Both the position numbers and the translations under genes were made by a program. Positions 54,827 to 63,166 of a stretch of 64,000 nt of DNA are shown here, piece by piece (positions within the stretch are counted from its first letter, which is position 1; each line of letters begins with the position of its first letter). The stretch lies in IMG/VR virus record IMGVR_UViG_3300024346_000011; one strand, given 5' to 3'. The notes under the pieces were generated by a model, which saw only the letters and a program-made list of their open reading frames with translations, had not been told where the DNA came from and did no database searches. The stretch comes from a virus.

Positions 54827-55843
54827 TTAACTAAATAAATCGTCTTCATCCCAGTTTTCACCTTCACCCGCTTTAGAATAATCTGTAGGTCTTACTGCAA
54901 AGAAGTCAGTGTGGGTGTGACCGCCTGTTAAGTGATAGAACCAATCCAATTCTGATGCCATTTTGTCATCAAATTTAAATGCTGGTTCGTAACCTAACTC
55001 AGCAAGTTTTTCATTAGCTCTCTTCTTAATAAATTCTTTTAAGTCGGCTGCTTTTAAATTCTCAAGGTCTCCCATTTCAAACATCTTATCGATGAATTTG
55101 AATTCCATTTCAACCATTAATTCTGCGGCTTCATATATATGCGAGCGTGCTTGGGCATGCAATTCTGGATATTCAGAAACCATGTGACGAAACAATTGAC
55201 ATCCCATTTTAGAGTGGAGTGATTCGTCACGAACTGACCATTTCATTTGTTGACCAATGCCCTTTAAAAGGTTACGCATTTGGAATGAATATAAAACAGC
55301 AAATGATGAATATAGTGAAACACCTTCAGCGAATGCTGAAAAAATAGCTAGTGATTTTGCAACATCTTTTCTTGCTTCGGCATAAAGGGCCAAATCTGCA
55401 TGTGAGTAATCATTTTCTACGCCAACAAGATATTCAAACTTTTCTGCAATTGAAGGTTCGTGTAAAAACGCTGAAAAATCTTCAAGACCTAATGTCTCGT
55501 TTAAATATGAATATGCTGTTGCGTGAATAGTTTCTTGAGAACCAAAGGCCATGGCCATTTGCTTAATCTCATGTTTTGGAAACCAATGTGTAACCATACC
55601 AGTCCAATAGTCTGAAACTGCGCATTCAGTTTGTGCAAATCCTAATAAAATGTTACCGACTAAATTCTTTTCTGACTCGTTTAAGTTTTCGTTCCAATCC
55701 TTAACATCTCCTTGCATTGAGATCTCAGTATGCAACCAAAACGCCTGCATTTGTTTTAACCATCCTTCCGTATAATATTCCGGATATTCGAATGGTTTGT
55801 ATTCTACTCTTTCTTTAAATAATTTAGAATTTAATTTTTCCAT
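54827..55843 (-). CDS. nrdB: Class I ribonucleotide reductase beta subunit
   Basis: FW, QTE, ETIHATAY, EGVSLYSSF, RDESLH, DFFAVRPTDY. Confidence 0.95.
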   Translation of the reverse strand: MEKLNSKLFKERVEYKPFEYPEYYTEGWLKQMQAFWLHTEISMQGDVKDWNENLNESEKNLVGNILLGFAQTECAVSDYWTGMVTHWFPKHEIKQMAMAFGSQETIHATAYSYLNETLGLEDFSAFLHEPSIAEKFEYLVGVENDYSHADLALYAEARKDVAKSLAIFSAFAEGVSLYSSFAVLYSFQMRNLLKGIGQQMKWSVRDESLHSKMGCQLFRHMVSEYPELHAQARSHIYEAAELMVEMEFKFIDKMFEMGDLENLKAADLKEFIKKRANEKLAELGYEPAFKFDDKMASELDWFYHLTGGHTHTDFFAVRPTDYSKAGEGENWDEDDLFS

Positions 55844-55877
55844 TTTTTCAATTATTCTATAATTTCAGTTAAGACTT

Positions 55878-55903
55878 AAAAAGGCCTTCTGTTAAGAGGC
55901 CTT
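55878..55903 (-). terminator. Hairpin / terminator between the polymerase N-subunit gene and nrdB
   Basis: AAGGCCTCTTAACAGAAGGCCTT followed by TTT. Confidence 0.5.
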
Positions 55904-55964
55904 ACTAATATAATAAATATATAGTCTATATATTTTGGTATTAGTTTTGGCAAGCATTTTTAGG

Positions 55965-57371
55965 CTAAGATATTAACTTAATCTTTTTCTTCAAATGATC
56001 TGCTTTACTGAAATAATCATACGATATTTTCTTATATTGTTTCCTCTGGTCGTACAGATCTGACAATATTTTTTTTAAGATTGAATCTTCTTTTTTGTAC
56101 ACTACACCATTATCGCATACAATTACATCTTTATCTTTTCGACGTTCTTTTATTTGATCTCCAAATACTTGTTCAACATAAGCATCTGGTGAAATATTAA
56201 ATTGTCGCATGATTGAGGGGTATAGAGATGCAAAGTCAAATGCTGTAACACCTTCATAAAATCCAACGTTTGGTTCTTTAACAAATGCTCCTACATATTG
56301 TCCATCTTTTTGGCCATCTTCGCGTTGTTCTGACGCAATTCTCATGTTTTGTTCTGCCAATTTTCTAGCCATAAGGGCTTCAGTAACTGCCACTGGCGAA
56401 CTAGCTTTATAGAGTGGCATTTTCGTAATGTTTGCAAGCGTCATAATTACTTCCATTGATTTAAGTTTTTGGTCAATATAATAAACCAACACAGAGTCAA
56501 CTACGTTGTAATAAACATACTTAGTAAAGTTGTCTCTATAGAGATCCTGGAGTGATCCTGTGTATTTAATCTTATTTAGATTAAGAACTTGTCCAGAAAC
56601 ATAATCAAGTGAATTAGACTCTTTTACTTTAACTGTGCGATCATACTTATCATACAACTGCATGTAATCGAGAATACCCATGTGGAGTGGACGGCTATCT
56701 GTTTTGTCCAAGCTTTGGGTCATGCTTGCATCAGAAATATCAATCTGTAGGCGTTTGCAACGGTTAACAATATATTGCCAGTCATAGTTGATAAAGTTCC
56801 ATCCTGTCATCATTGGAAATTTAGGCATAAACTTCATTAAGAAAGTGTATACCATATCATATTCACTCTTAAACTTGTGATATTTAAATTCCCAATCCGT
56901 ATTTAATGATTTAAAATACTCATTAGTATCGTCTTCAATCTTTTTAATCTGATCCGCCGAAAGATCTTCTAATCCAAGAACAATTGCCTTACGCTCTGGG
57001 GTAATAATTGAAAAGGTTAAGATGCGTGATTTAGCTTCTTCAGCTTTAGGAAAACCATCAACAATCTCAGTCTCAATATCGACAAAGTATGTACGTGGCA
57101 TATTGTACGCTAAGATCTCTTCACGATCACGCTCTGGTAAACCATCAATGAAATATACTAGTGAGAATTTATTAAAGTTACGAGCAGGACCTAATTTAAT
57201 AGGCCTGCCGTCCCAATTGCGGTATTGATGACTAACACCGCGCTCTTTAGCATCGCAAATATACCAATTTTTAAATTGATCAATTGGGTATTGTTTAAAT
57301 GCGACATTTCCTTCTTTGTCATAGTATGAAACTATAACATCCTTATCTCGTTGTTCAATATCTAGAATCAT
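55965..57371 (-). CDS. Family B DNA polymerase, N-terminal subunit (gp43A-like: exonuclease plus motif A)
   Basis: Exo I DIET, Exo II GWN...YD, Exo III YNVVD, motif A FDFASLYPS, NISP; ends after LYDQRKQYKK. Confidence 0.9.
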   Translation of the reverse strand: MILDIEQRDKDVIVSYYDKEGNVAFKQYPIDQFKNWYICDAKERGVSHQYRNWDGRPIKLGPARNFNKFSLVYFIDGLPERDREEILAYNMPRTYFVDIETEIVDGFPKAEEAKSRILTFSIITPERKAIVLGLEDLSADQIKKIEDDTNEYFKSLNTDWEFKYHKFKSEYDMVYTFLMKFMPKFPMMTGWNFINYDWQYIVNRCKRLQIDISDASMTQSLDKTDSRPLHMGILDYMQLYDKYDRTVKVKESNSLDYVSGQVLNLNKIKYTGSLQDLYRDNFTKYVYYNVVDSVLVYYIDQKLKSMEVIMTLANITKMPLYKASSPVAVTEALMARKLAEQNMRIASEQREDGQKDGQYVGAFVKEPNVGFYEGVTAFDFASLYPSIMRQFNISPDAYVEQVFGDQIKERRKDKDVIVCDNGVVYKKEDSILKKILSDLYDQRKQYKKISYDYFSKADHLKKKIKLIS

Positions 57372-57835
57372 TAATATCCTCGGTTTTGACGGTCATGATT
57401 CTCTGCGTTCTTTGCCATATATAGATTAACAATATCTTTACTGGTCATACCGATTGAAATTGCAAAGTTCATATAGAAATGCAATCCATCAATCCATTCA
57501 TAGTACAATTCTAAACGATCCTCTTCTGAAAGATCAGCAATTGTCATATCAGCTGCTTTTACATTGTCTTTTTTCCAGTATTTCCAAGCTGCAGAGGCAA
57601 TACCATCATTAATACCACCAAGTGCGTCAAACATTTCATTTAATTCGTCTGACATTGCATGTTTATTAACCATCCAAAAATCAGCGATCTGCTTCAATGT
57701 CCAACCTGTGAAATCAAATCCTAAACGTTCTTGTAATTCTTTTTGTTTGTTGTAAACTAGACCAAGGGTGTCCTCGACACCGGTGTAGAAATCTTCTACA
57801 TTAAGGTCTGCGCATTTGTTATCTGAGTTTGCCAT
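57371..57835 (-). CDS. Dimeric all-alpha dUTPase/dCTPase (gp56-like)
   Basis: DELNE, WKYWK, EWIDGLHF, YMAKNAENHDRQNRGY. Confidence 0.85.
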   Translation of the reverse strand: MANSDNKCADLNVEDFYTGVEDTLGLVYNKQKELQERLGFDFTGWTLKQIADFWMVNKHAMSDELNEMFDALGGINDGIASAAWKYWKKDNVKAADMTIADLSEEDRLELYYEWIDGLHFYMNFAISIGMTSKDIVNLYMAKNAENHDRQNRGY

Positions 57836-57838
57836 AAT

Positions 57839-58033
57839 TTAATATTTATTACCTATTCTTTGATATGCGTCAGCTAGTAAAAGCTGAGCATCTTCTATTA
57901 ATCTTCTTTCTTCTGTTTCTAATTTAAAAACTGGATGTTGTATCAAGTGATCGTCAATCATACATGTTATAATATGCAATCGATCCAAAGCTTCATGGTA
58001 GTGAAAATTATCAAGCTTTGGTTTATCGGCCAT
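57839..58033 (-). CDS. Small hypothetical protein
   Basis: FHYHEALDR...HPV pattern; operonic. Confidence 0.65.
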   Translation of the reverse strand: MADKPKLDNFHYHEALDRLHIITCMIDDHLIQHPVFKLETEERRLIEDAQLLLADAYQRIGNKY

Positions 58034-58298
58034 TATTTTCATTGATATAGTTTTCCAATCCTTGAATATATGCTACTGCATCGAGTAGATTATCTCGCTT
58101 ATGATTATAACTTTCACGTGAAAACTTAAGAGCAACAAGAGCCATAAACATTTCACGCCCAGTTACATTAAGACCGGTCATTCCATTAAAAATCATAGCA
58201 GCTCGATCCATGCCTTCTGAAAAAGGACCATACGCTCGATCTTTTTCTTCGCTACGATTATTTACAATTTCATTTGCTTCTTCAAGTATACTTTTCAT
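58023..58298 (-). CDS. DUF6378-like protein (all-alpha NTP pyrophosphatase-related)
   Basis: SILEEANEIV..R...YGPF...LKFSRE..NHKRDNLLDAVAY. Confidence 0.65.
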   Translation of the reverse strand: MKSILEEANEIVNNRSEEKDRAYGPFSEGMDRAAMIFNGMTGLNVTGREMFMALVALKFSRESYNHKRDNLLDAVAYIQGLENYINENNGR

Positions 58299-58315
58299 TG
58301 TAGAGATTTTACTTA

Positions 58316-58342
58316 TTATATATGCTTTTCTATTTTTGTTTA
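58316..58342 (-). promoter_or_regulatory. Middle-type promoter TAAAC-N17-TATAA
   Basis: Upstream of the dUTPase/polymerase operon. Confidence 0.55.
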
Positions 58343-58632
58343 GTAAATTGTGGGCCGCGAGTTTTATCTCTTAATGGGGTTGTTTCGTCTACCCATTCTT
58401 CGCGGCCAACAGAAACTCCCATAATCTTAACGAATTTAGCGCCATTATTAACTGCAATAATCTCAGTCTTTTGAATAGCATGCTGAATATCTGTTGCCAT
58501 TACACAGCATACAAAATCTTGAGGCTTAGAACTACGCTCAAAAAAGCGTTCATCTTCGTATGGTAAATAATATACAACGTATGGTTTACTGTTCGATTCC
58601 ATAAGCATTCCAAATTTTATAACGTTTAACAA
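58330..58632 (-). CDS. Hypothetical protein
   Basis: Operonic ORF; true start probably MLMESN or MESN. Confidence 0.6.
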   Translation of the reverse strand: MLNVIKFGMLMESNSKPYVVYYLPYEDERFFERSSKPQDFVCCVMATDIQHAIQKTEIIAVNNGAKFVKIMGVSVGREEWVDETTPLRDKTRGPQFTKQK

Positions 58633-59182
58633 CTTGCTCCCAAATTGGAAAATACTGTCGGTGTTCGCGACGTAAAATATGTCGAGGCTGCTGAGGTTGA
58701 CTTAACGGGAATTTAAGTAGATCATCTTCAGTTGGAATTGAGCGTCCTTGAGAAATAGCCCGAAGAGCATAGTAGAGATGTCTGGTGGTCCCGTCAAAAG
58801 TTTCCATAAATTCTAACACAAATTCCTTATCTAGTGAGAATTCACTCGAGAGGGCTTCTGCCAAATTATTCAAAGTTTCTTGTTCTTTGATTAAATGGCG
58901 CTCCATCATAATGCCAATCCGTTTATTTTTCAACTTACGACGTTCTATGATTCTTTCATCGATAGCTTCTTGACTGGATCGCTTTAATTCTTCTTTAATC
59001 TGCTCACATTCTAATTCAAAGATTCTTTCTTCCAGTTTAGTTTGTTCGCTCAATTGGTCATATTCAAATTCACCCCATTCAATTCGTTGGAGTAACTCGG
59101 AATAGCCTTTCCACTTATTTTCTTTAGGTAACTTTATTGTGGTGTGGAACCTGCGCCACCATGTAAAAACTCTATGACTCAT
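58586..59182 (-). CDS. Hypothetical protein
   Basis: WWRRF motif; TAATG-coupled. Confidence 0.75.
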   Translation of the reverse strand: MSHRVFTWWRRFHTTIKLPKENKWKGYSELLQRIEWGEFEYDQLSEQTKLEERIFELECEQIKEELKRSSQEAIDERIIERRKLKNKRIGIMMERHLIKEQETLNNLAEALSSEFSLDKEFVLEFMETFDGTTRHLYYALRAISQGRSIPTEDDLLKFPLSQPQQPRHILRREHRQYFPIWEQVVKRYKIWNAYGIEQ

Positions 59183-59667
59183 TATACGTATTTTTTAAAA
59201 ATGTCAGTAAGATCAATTGCATAATCTTTAAGAGCAAGCTGTCCTTTCTTATCAAACACGGGTTGCTTGCCTTTGCGTTCTTTCAAATTTTCAAGAACAA
59301 TATTAGTCGGATATACTAGTACTGATTCAATTTGACTTTTATCTTCTAAATTAAACCAAATACATGCAATTTTATCAGAAGCTCCTTTATTTTTAAGTGC
59401 TCCAATATCTCGAACTTTAGAAACTGTAGTTTTAACTTCAATCTTTTCTCCAGTCTCTTCACATCTAATGTCCCAACCCTTGGTTGAAGCAACTTCAACT
59501 ACATATTTACGGCCAGTATATTCAGTCATCACATCAGCCATAATATCCTCAGATAACTGTGGAATTGTTTTCATATTGGTTGACCATCCACGTAAACGAC
59601 CTTGGTCCTCAATGTATTGAACAAGTTTGAGTAGGTCTGCGTTGGTTGCTTTTTTAGGAAGATTCAT
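59182..59667 (-). CDS. PD-(D/E)XK nuclease-like protein
   Basis: SE...KGWDI...KIEVKT. Confidence 0.55.
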   Translation of the reverse strand: MNLPKKATNADLLKLVQYIEDQGRLRGWSTNMKTIPQLSEDIMADVMTEYTGRKYVVEVASTKGWDIRCEETGEKIEVKTTVSKVRDIGALKNKGASDKIACIWFNLEDKSQIESVLVYPTNIVLENLKERKGKQPVFDKKGQLALKDYAIDLTDIFKKYV

Positions 59668-60044
59668 TAGATGTATAGCATTTCTTCTTGGTTAAACTTA
59701 ACGGCCGCACCAAGATCAAAACCTGAGTTTCTCCAACAAAACTCATTTAAGCCTAAGCGGTGGCGCCGGCCATGATCTTTTCCGTACATTTTATAGGGCT
59801 CTTCAATTGTAACTCCTTTATCTGAGATTTGAATGATTTTACCAAGGTATCGTAGGTTGTAAGAACCATATTCAGCAGTGTCTCCAATGTTGAAGCTTGC
59901 GGTTTCAATACCATTTTCAAGGATTGCAATGTAGCTATTACGCTTCAAGGCTACTTGATATTTGGTAGGCTGCGCTGGATAAACTTTACCATAACGCTTG
60001 AAAGACTTAGTGAAGACTTGTTGGGTTTGGATTGATTCGATCAT
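59667..60044 (-). CDS. Hypothetical protein, first gene after an early promoter
   Basis: FNIGDTAEYGSYNLRYLGKI...FCWRN. Confidence 0.75.
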   Translation of the reverse strand: MIESIQTQQVFTKSFKRYGKVYPAQPTKYQVALKRNSYIAILENGIETASFNIGDTAEYGSYNLRYLGKIIQISDKGVTIEEPYKMYGKDHGRRHRLGLNEFCWRNSGFDLGAAVKFNQEEMLYI

Positions 60045-60075
60045 TGTGTTTTTGTTTTAGCTTTTAATTATAGTA

Positions 60076-60107
60076 TAAATATAATAAAAAAACCCGACAT
60101 AAAAAAA
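60076..60107 (-). promoter_or_regulatory. Early-type promoter overlapping an inverted repeat (CCCGACAT / ATGTCGGG, 60093-60114)
   Basis: TTTTTTTATGTC-N11-TTATATTTA copy. Confidence 0.75.
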
Positions 60108-60138
60108 TGTCGGGCCAACTTTTTTCAAAAAAGTTTTA

Positions 60139-60354
60139 CTAAACTTGCTCTGGGAAGTATTTATCGAGTGCTTCCAATTTATCGTCAGCGTCAACTAACA
60201 TTTGAAGAGCCTCTTCAGCATTATTATAAAAATCAGCAGTTGAGTGATCCCCAATACCTACTGCTTTGTTTCCTAAAAGGTCAAGAGAAAGAAGTGCTTT
60301 TGCTTTCTGTGCCTCTGCACTCGTTTTGAGCATTTGAATTAATTTAGTGTTCAT
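60139..60354 (-). CDS. Small hypothetical phage protein
   Basis: VGIGDHS motif; helical. Confidence 0.75.
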   Translation of the reverse strand: MNTKLIQMLKTSAEAQKAKALLSLDLLGNKAVGIGDHSTADFYNNAEEALQMLVDADDKLEALDKYFPEQV

Positions 60355-61286
60355 ACGTTTTCTTTTTCAGTTTTAAATTCGCTTACTTGTTCTCTTAAAT
60401 ATTCTACGAATGAAAGTGGAATCCATTCTGGCACTAACTCTCTAACTTTAGTAGAATCAAGTGCATATTTTCTATCATGACCTAGGCGATCCTTAACAAA
60501 CTCGTATTTAGGAGTTTTACCAAGCATTTCCCCAATCATGTTTACAATCTCAATATTTTCATAACGTTCTCCAGAGCCAATGTTGAATACTTCACCCTCT
60601 TGGTCTGATAACATTAATTCAAAAATGATTTGCGCATTATCCTCAGCATCAATCCATTCGCGAACTTGGCGACCATCGCCATACACTGGGATTGGTTGGT
60701 CATTCGCAATTGAACGCATAATTGTTGGAATAAACTTTTCACGGTTTTGATGAGCTCCATAATTGTTGCAGGTTCTTGTGATCAAATATGGAACATCAAA
60801 AGTTCTACCAGCTGCTTGGACAAGTAGATCACTTGCCGCTTTTGATGCTGAATAGTATGAAGATCCATGTAAACTAAATCTTTCATTTGCTTCAACTTCC
60901 ATGCTAATATCTGCCATGTCGCCATAAACTTCATCGGTAGAAATATGGATAAATTTCTTAAGATATGGATTTTGCTTTGCGCACTCTAACAGGTTAAATG
61001 TACCTTCAACGTTTGTGCGGATAAATGGACGGCCATCTTTAATTGAGTTATCAACATGACTTTCAGCTGCAAAATGCACGATATAATCATAAGTACCCAA
61101 TTGATCTGAGTTAACATCACAGATATCCTCTTTAATTAATTTAACGGGTACTTTCACATTATTGACATCTGCTGCGTATGTCAATTTATCAAGGACTACA
61201 ATTTCAGCAGTTGGAAGTCTACGACCTAAAAGGTTTACGAATGATGAGCCAATAAAGCCAAATCCGCCAGTTACAATAATTCTCAT
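60351..61286 (-). CDS. rfbB: dTDP-glucose 4,6-dehydratase
   Basis: TGGFGFIGS, DKLTYA, HFAAESHVD, STDEVYG, YSASKA, NNYG, DRLGHDRKY. Confidence 0.95.
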   Translation of the reverse strand: MRIIVTGGFGFIGSSFVNLLGRRLPTAEIVVLDKLTYAADVNNVKVPVKLIKEDICDVNSDQLGTYDYIVHFAAESHVDNSIKDGRPFIRTNVEGTFNLLECAKQNPYLKKFIHISTDEVYGDMADISMEVEANERFSLHGSSYYSASKAASDLLVQAAGRTFDVPYLITRTCNNYGAHQNREKFIPTIMRSIANDQPIPVYGDGRQVREWIDAEDNAQIIFELMLSDQEGEVFNIGSGERYENIEIVNMIGEMLGKTPKYEFVKDRLGHDRKYALDSTKVRELVPEWIPLSFVEYLREQVSEFKTEKENV

Positions 61287-61861
61287 GCGTCTTCTAATAA
61301 TTCTTTAATTGCGTTTTTATATTGTTCTTCAGTTAAGTTTCCTTCAGCATGTTGTGCAATTTGATCTCGAATTGCCAACATCAATCGTTGAGCTGAAGAA
61401 GTTGTTGTTTCATTTTTAGCTCGATCTACAATTTCAGGATTTTGTTTAATTGTTTGAATTGCAATCAAGTCTTTTAATTTAGTAGTTGACCAATCATGTG
61501 AACGGGTAGTGTAAACTACCTCAATTGGTAGATTATCACCAGTGAATCGCTTGCCAATGTAATCTTCACCAAGGATGCGAATGTCTGGCTTATAGAATTC
61601 CATCAACTTTACCAATTCTTCTTCAGTTTGATAACAAATAACCTCATCAACGTATTTGATTGCCATCAAGGTCTTGTATCGCTCATACAATGGAATAACT
61701 GGTTTATATTTAGTAAAGCGCGTTTCTGATGGATCCATTTGTAAGAACACCATGAAGTAATCACAATGCTGTTTTGCTGTTTCAAATGTGTAAATATAAC
61801 CTGGATGTAGTAGGTCAAAGTTACCAGCAGTAAATCCAATTTTACCCTTCGTTGGATGCAT
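61283..61861 (-). CDS. Cytidylyltransferase-family protein (HxGH variant HPGY)
   Basis: AGNFDLLHPGY, ER, VDEV, GEDY, RSHDWSTT. Confidence 0.85.
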   Translation of the reverse strand: MHPTKGKIGFTAGNFDLLHPGYIYTFETAKQHCDYFMVFLQMDPSETRFTKYKPVIPLYERYKTLMAIKYVDEVICYQTEEELVKLMEFYKPDIRILGEDYIGKRFTGDNLPIEVVYTTRSHDWSTTKLKDLIAIQTIKQNPEIVDRAKNETTTSSAQRLMLAIRDQIAQHAEGNLTEEQYKNAIKELLEDA

Positions 61862-62096
61862 AATTTAAAGTTGATTTAGTTATATTAAGATACAAGTATA
61901 GTTGTTTTGAAATGAATTGAATATCCTCATCATCAAAATCGTCATTCAATAGAAGAATAATAATAAAATTATCGATCATCTTTTTAGCAGTGTCCATGTG
62001 GTCATCTGTAATACAAGAATCAACTGTTTTAATAATCTTTTGAATACCGGTTTCAATATACGATTCGTAATTGTTTGGCTTTAAGAAGTAATTCAT
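61842..62096 (-). CDS. Small hypothetical protein
   Basis: Operonic; ATGA overlap. Confidence 0.6.
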   Translation of the reverse strand: MNYFLKPNNYESYIETGIQKIIKTVDSCITDDHMDTAKKMIDNFIIILLLNDDFDDEDIQFISKQLYLYLNITKSTLNYASNEG

Positions 62097-62533
62097 ATTA
62101 AGGTTTGTTTTGTCTTGTTGTTATATTCAGCTCGATAAGTTCGATCTCTTAAATCTGATGATGAAAATCTGTGATCTCTTTTATTATAATAAATTTCAAT
62201 ATTACGATCTTCGCAAATATCTTTAGCTGTAAAATTCTTATTGCGATATTCTGCGCCAATAATTCTAACATCTAATTTAAAGGATGCGAAGATATCTTCA
62301 AGATCTTGCTCAGTTACATACGGGACGATCTCATCAACCCATTCGCATGCTGAAACTTGAATATAGCGTTCAACGATTGTTTGGACTGGTTTATTCTTTT
62401 CAGGTCGATCCAGGGTTGGATCAACTTGAAGAGCAACAATCAAATAATCACATTGTCCTTTTGCCTCCTCAAGCATCTTAACGTGACCTGCGTGAAATAG
62501 ATCAAATGTTGATGCTGTAATTCCTACTTTCAT
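62093..62533 (-). CDS. tagD: Glycerol-3-phosphate cytidylyltransferase-like protein
   Basis: STFDLFHAGH, ER, VDEIVPY, RDHRFSSS. Confidence 0.8.
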   Translation of the reverse strand: MKVGITASTFDLFHAGHVKMLEEAKGQCDYLIVALQVDPTLDRPEKNKPVQTIVERYIQVSACEWVDEIVPYVTEQDLEDIFASFKLDVRIIGAEYRNKNFTAKDICEDRNIEIYYNKRDHRFSSSDLRDRTYRAEYNNKTKQTLI

Positions 62534-62564
62534 AAATACTGTTTAAAATAAAAAAGCTTAGTAA

Positions 62565-62591
62565 TTATACCAAGCTCTTTTAAAATGTTTC
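62565..62591 (-). promoter_or_regulatory. Middle-type promoter GAAAC-N17-TATAA
   Basis: Upstream of the cytidylyltransferase-rfbB operon. Confidence 0.65.
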
Positions 62592-62610
62592 AATATTTAA
62601 TTATGTATGA

Positions 62611-63159
62611 TCAGAGTCTAGTATCTAGATTAACATTATTCATATATTTTTCACGCATAGCATATAACTCTTTATCCGCGTGTTTAATATTTTGCATATC
62701 CTTCTTTTTCATCTTGGCTAAAACCTTAGCGATAGCACCATCAGCTATTCTCATTAGTTTTTCAGTAGACTGCAATCTAGATTCTAATTTAACCTTGCTA
62801 ACATACGCCTTAAGTGTATCATTCTCCTGACCAATTTCATCCATCATACCAATTAACTCTTCTTCTAGATCTTCTAGGAGTTTAATTTTATCTTCATGTG
62901 GATTATCATCATTTGATCTATGAGATCTAGAAGATGTATATGAGTCTGATTTATCCTCTAATTCGTTTTCAAAATCTTCAATCGGATCACCCTCAAGTTT
63001 TAATTTACCAATATCAACTCTAGTTGCCGTCAATTTAGCTGATAATTGATCCAATTTACGTTTTTGAGCAGGATTTTTAAATAAACCTTTTAAAAAACTA
63101 AATAACCCTTCATCTAATTGAGAGCTATTAAAGCTTTCGAACGTTTGGATATATTTCAT
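62611..63159 (-). CDS. Putative internal head protein with a CTS-like leader
   Basis: MKYIQTFESFNSSQLDE|GLF. Confidence 0.6.
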   Translation of the reverse strand: MKYIQTFESFNSSQLDEGLFSFLKGLFKNPAQKRKLDQLSAKLTATRVDIGKLKLEGDPIEDFENELEDKSDSYTSSRSHRSNDDNPHEDKIKLLEDLEEELIGMMDEIGQENDTLKAYVSKVKLESRLQSTEKLMRIADGAIAKVLAKMKKKDMQNIKHADKELYAMREKYMNNVNLDTRL

Positions 63160-63166
63160 TTTATTA

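Noticed and set aside
50836-57371. Split intein joining the polymerase halves
   Set aside because: No Cys/Ser-initiated N-intein block and no His-Asn C-intein end; both halves end in polymerase-like helices.
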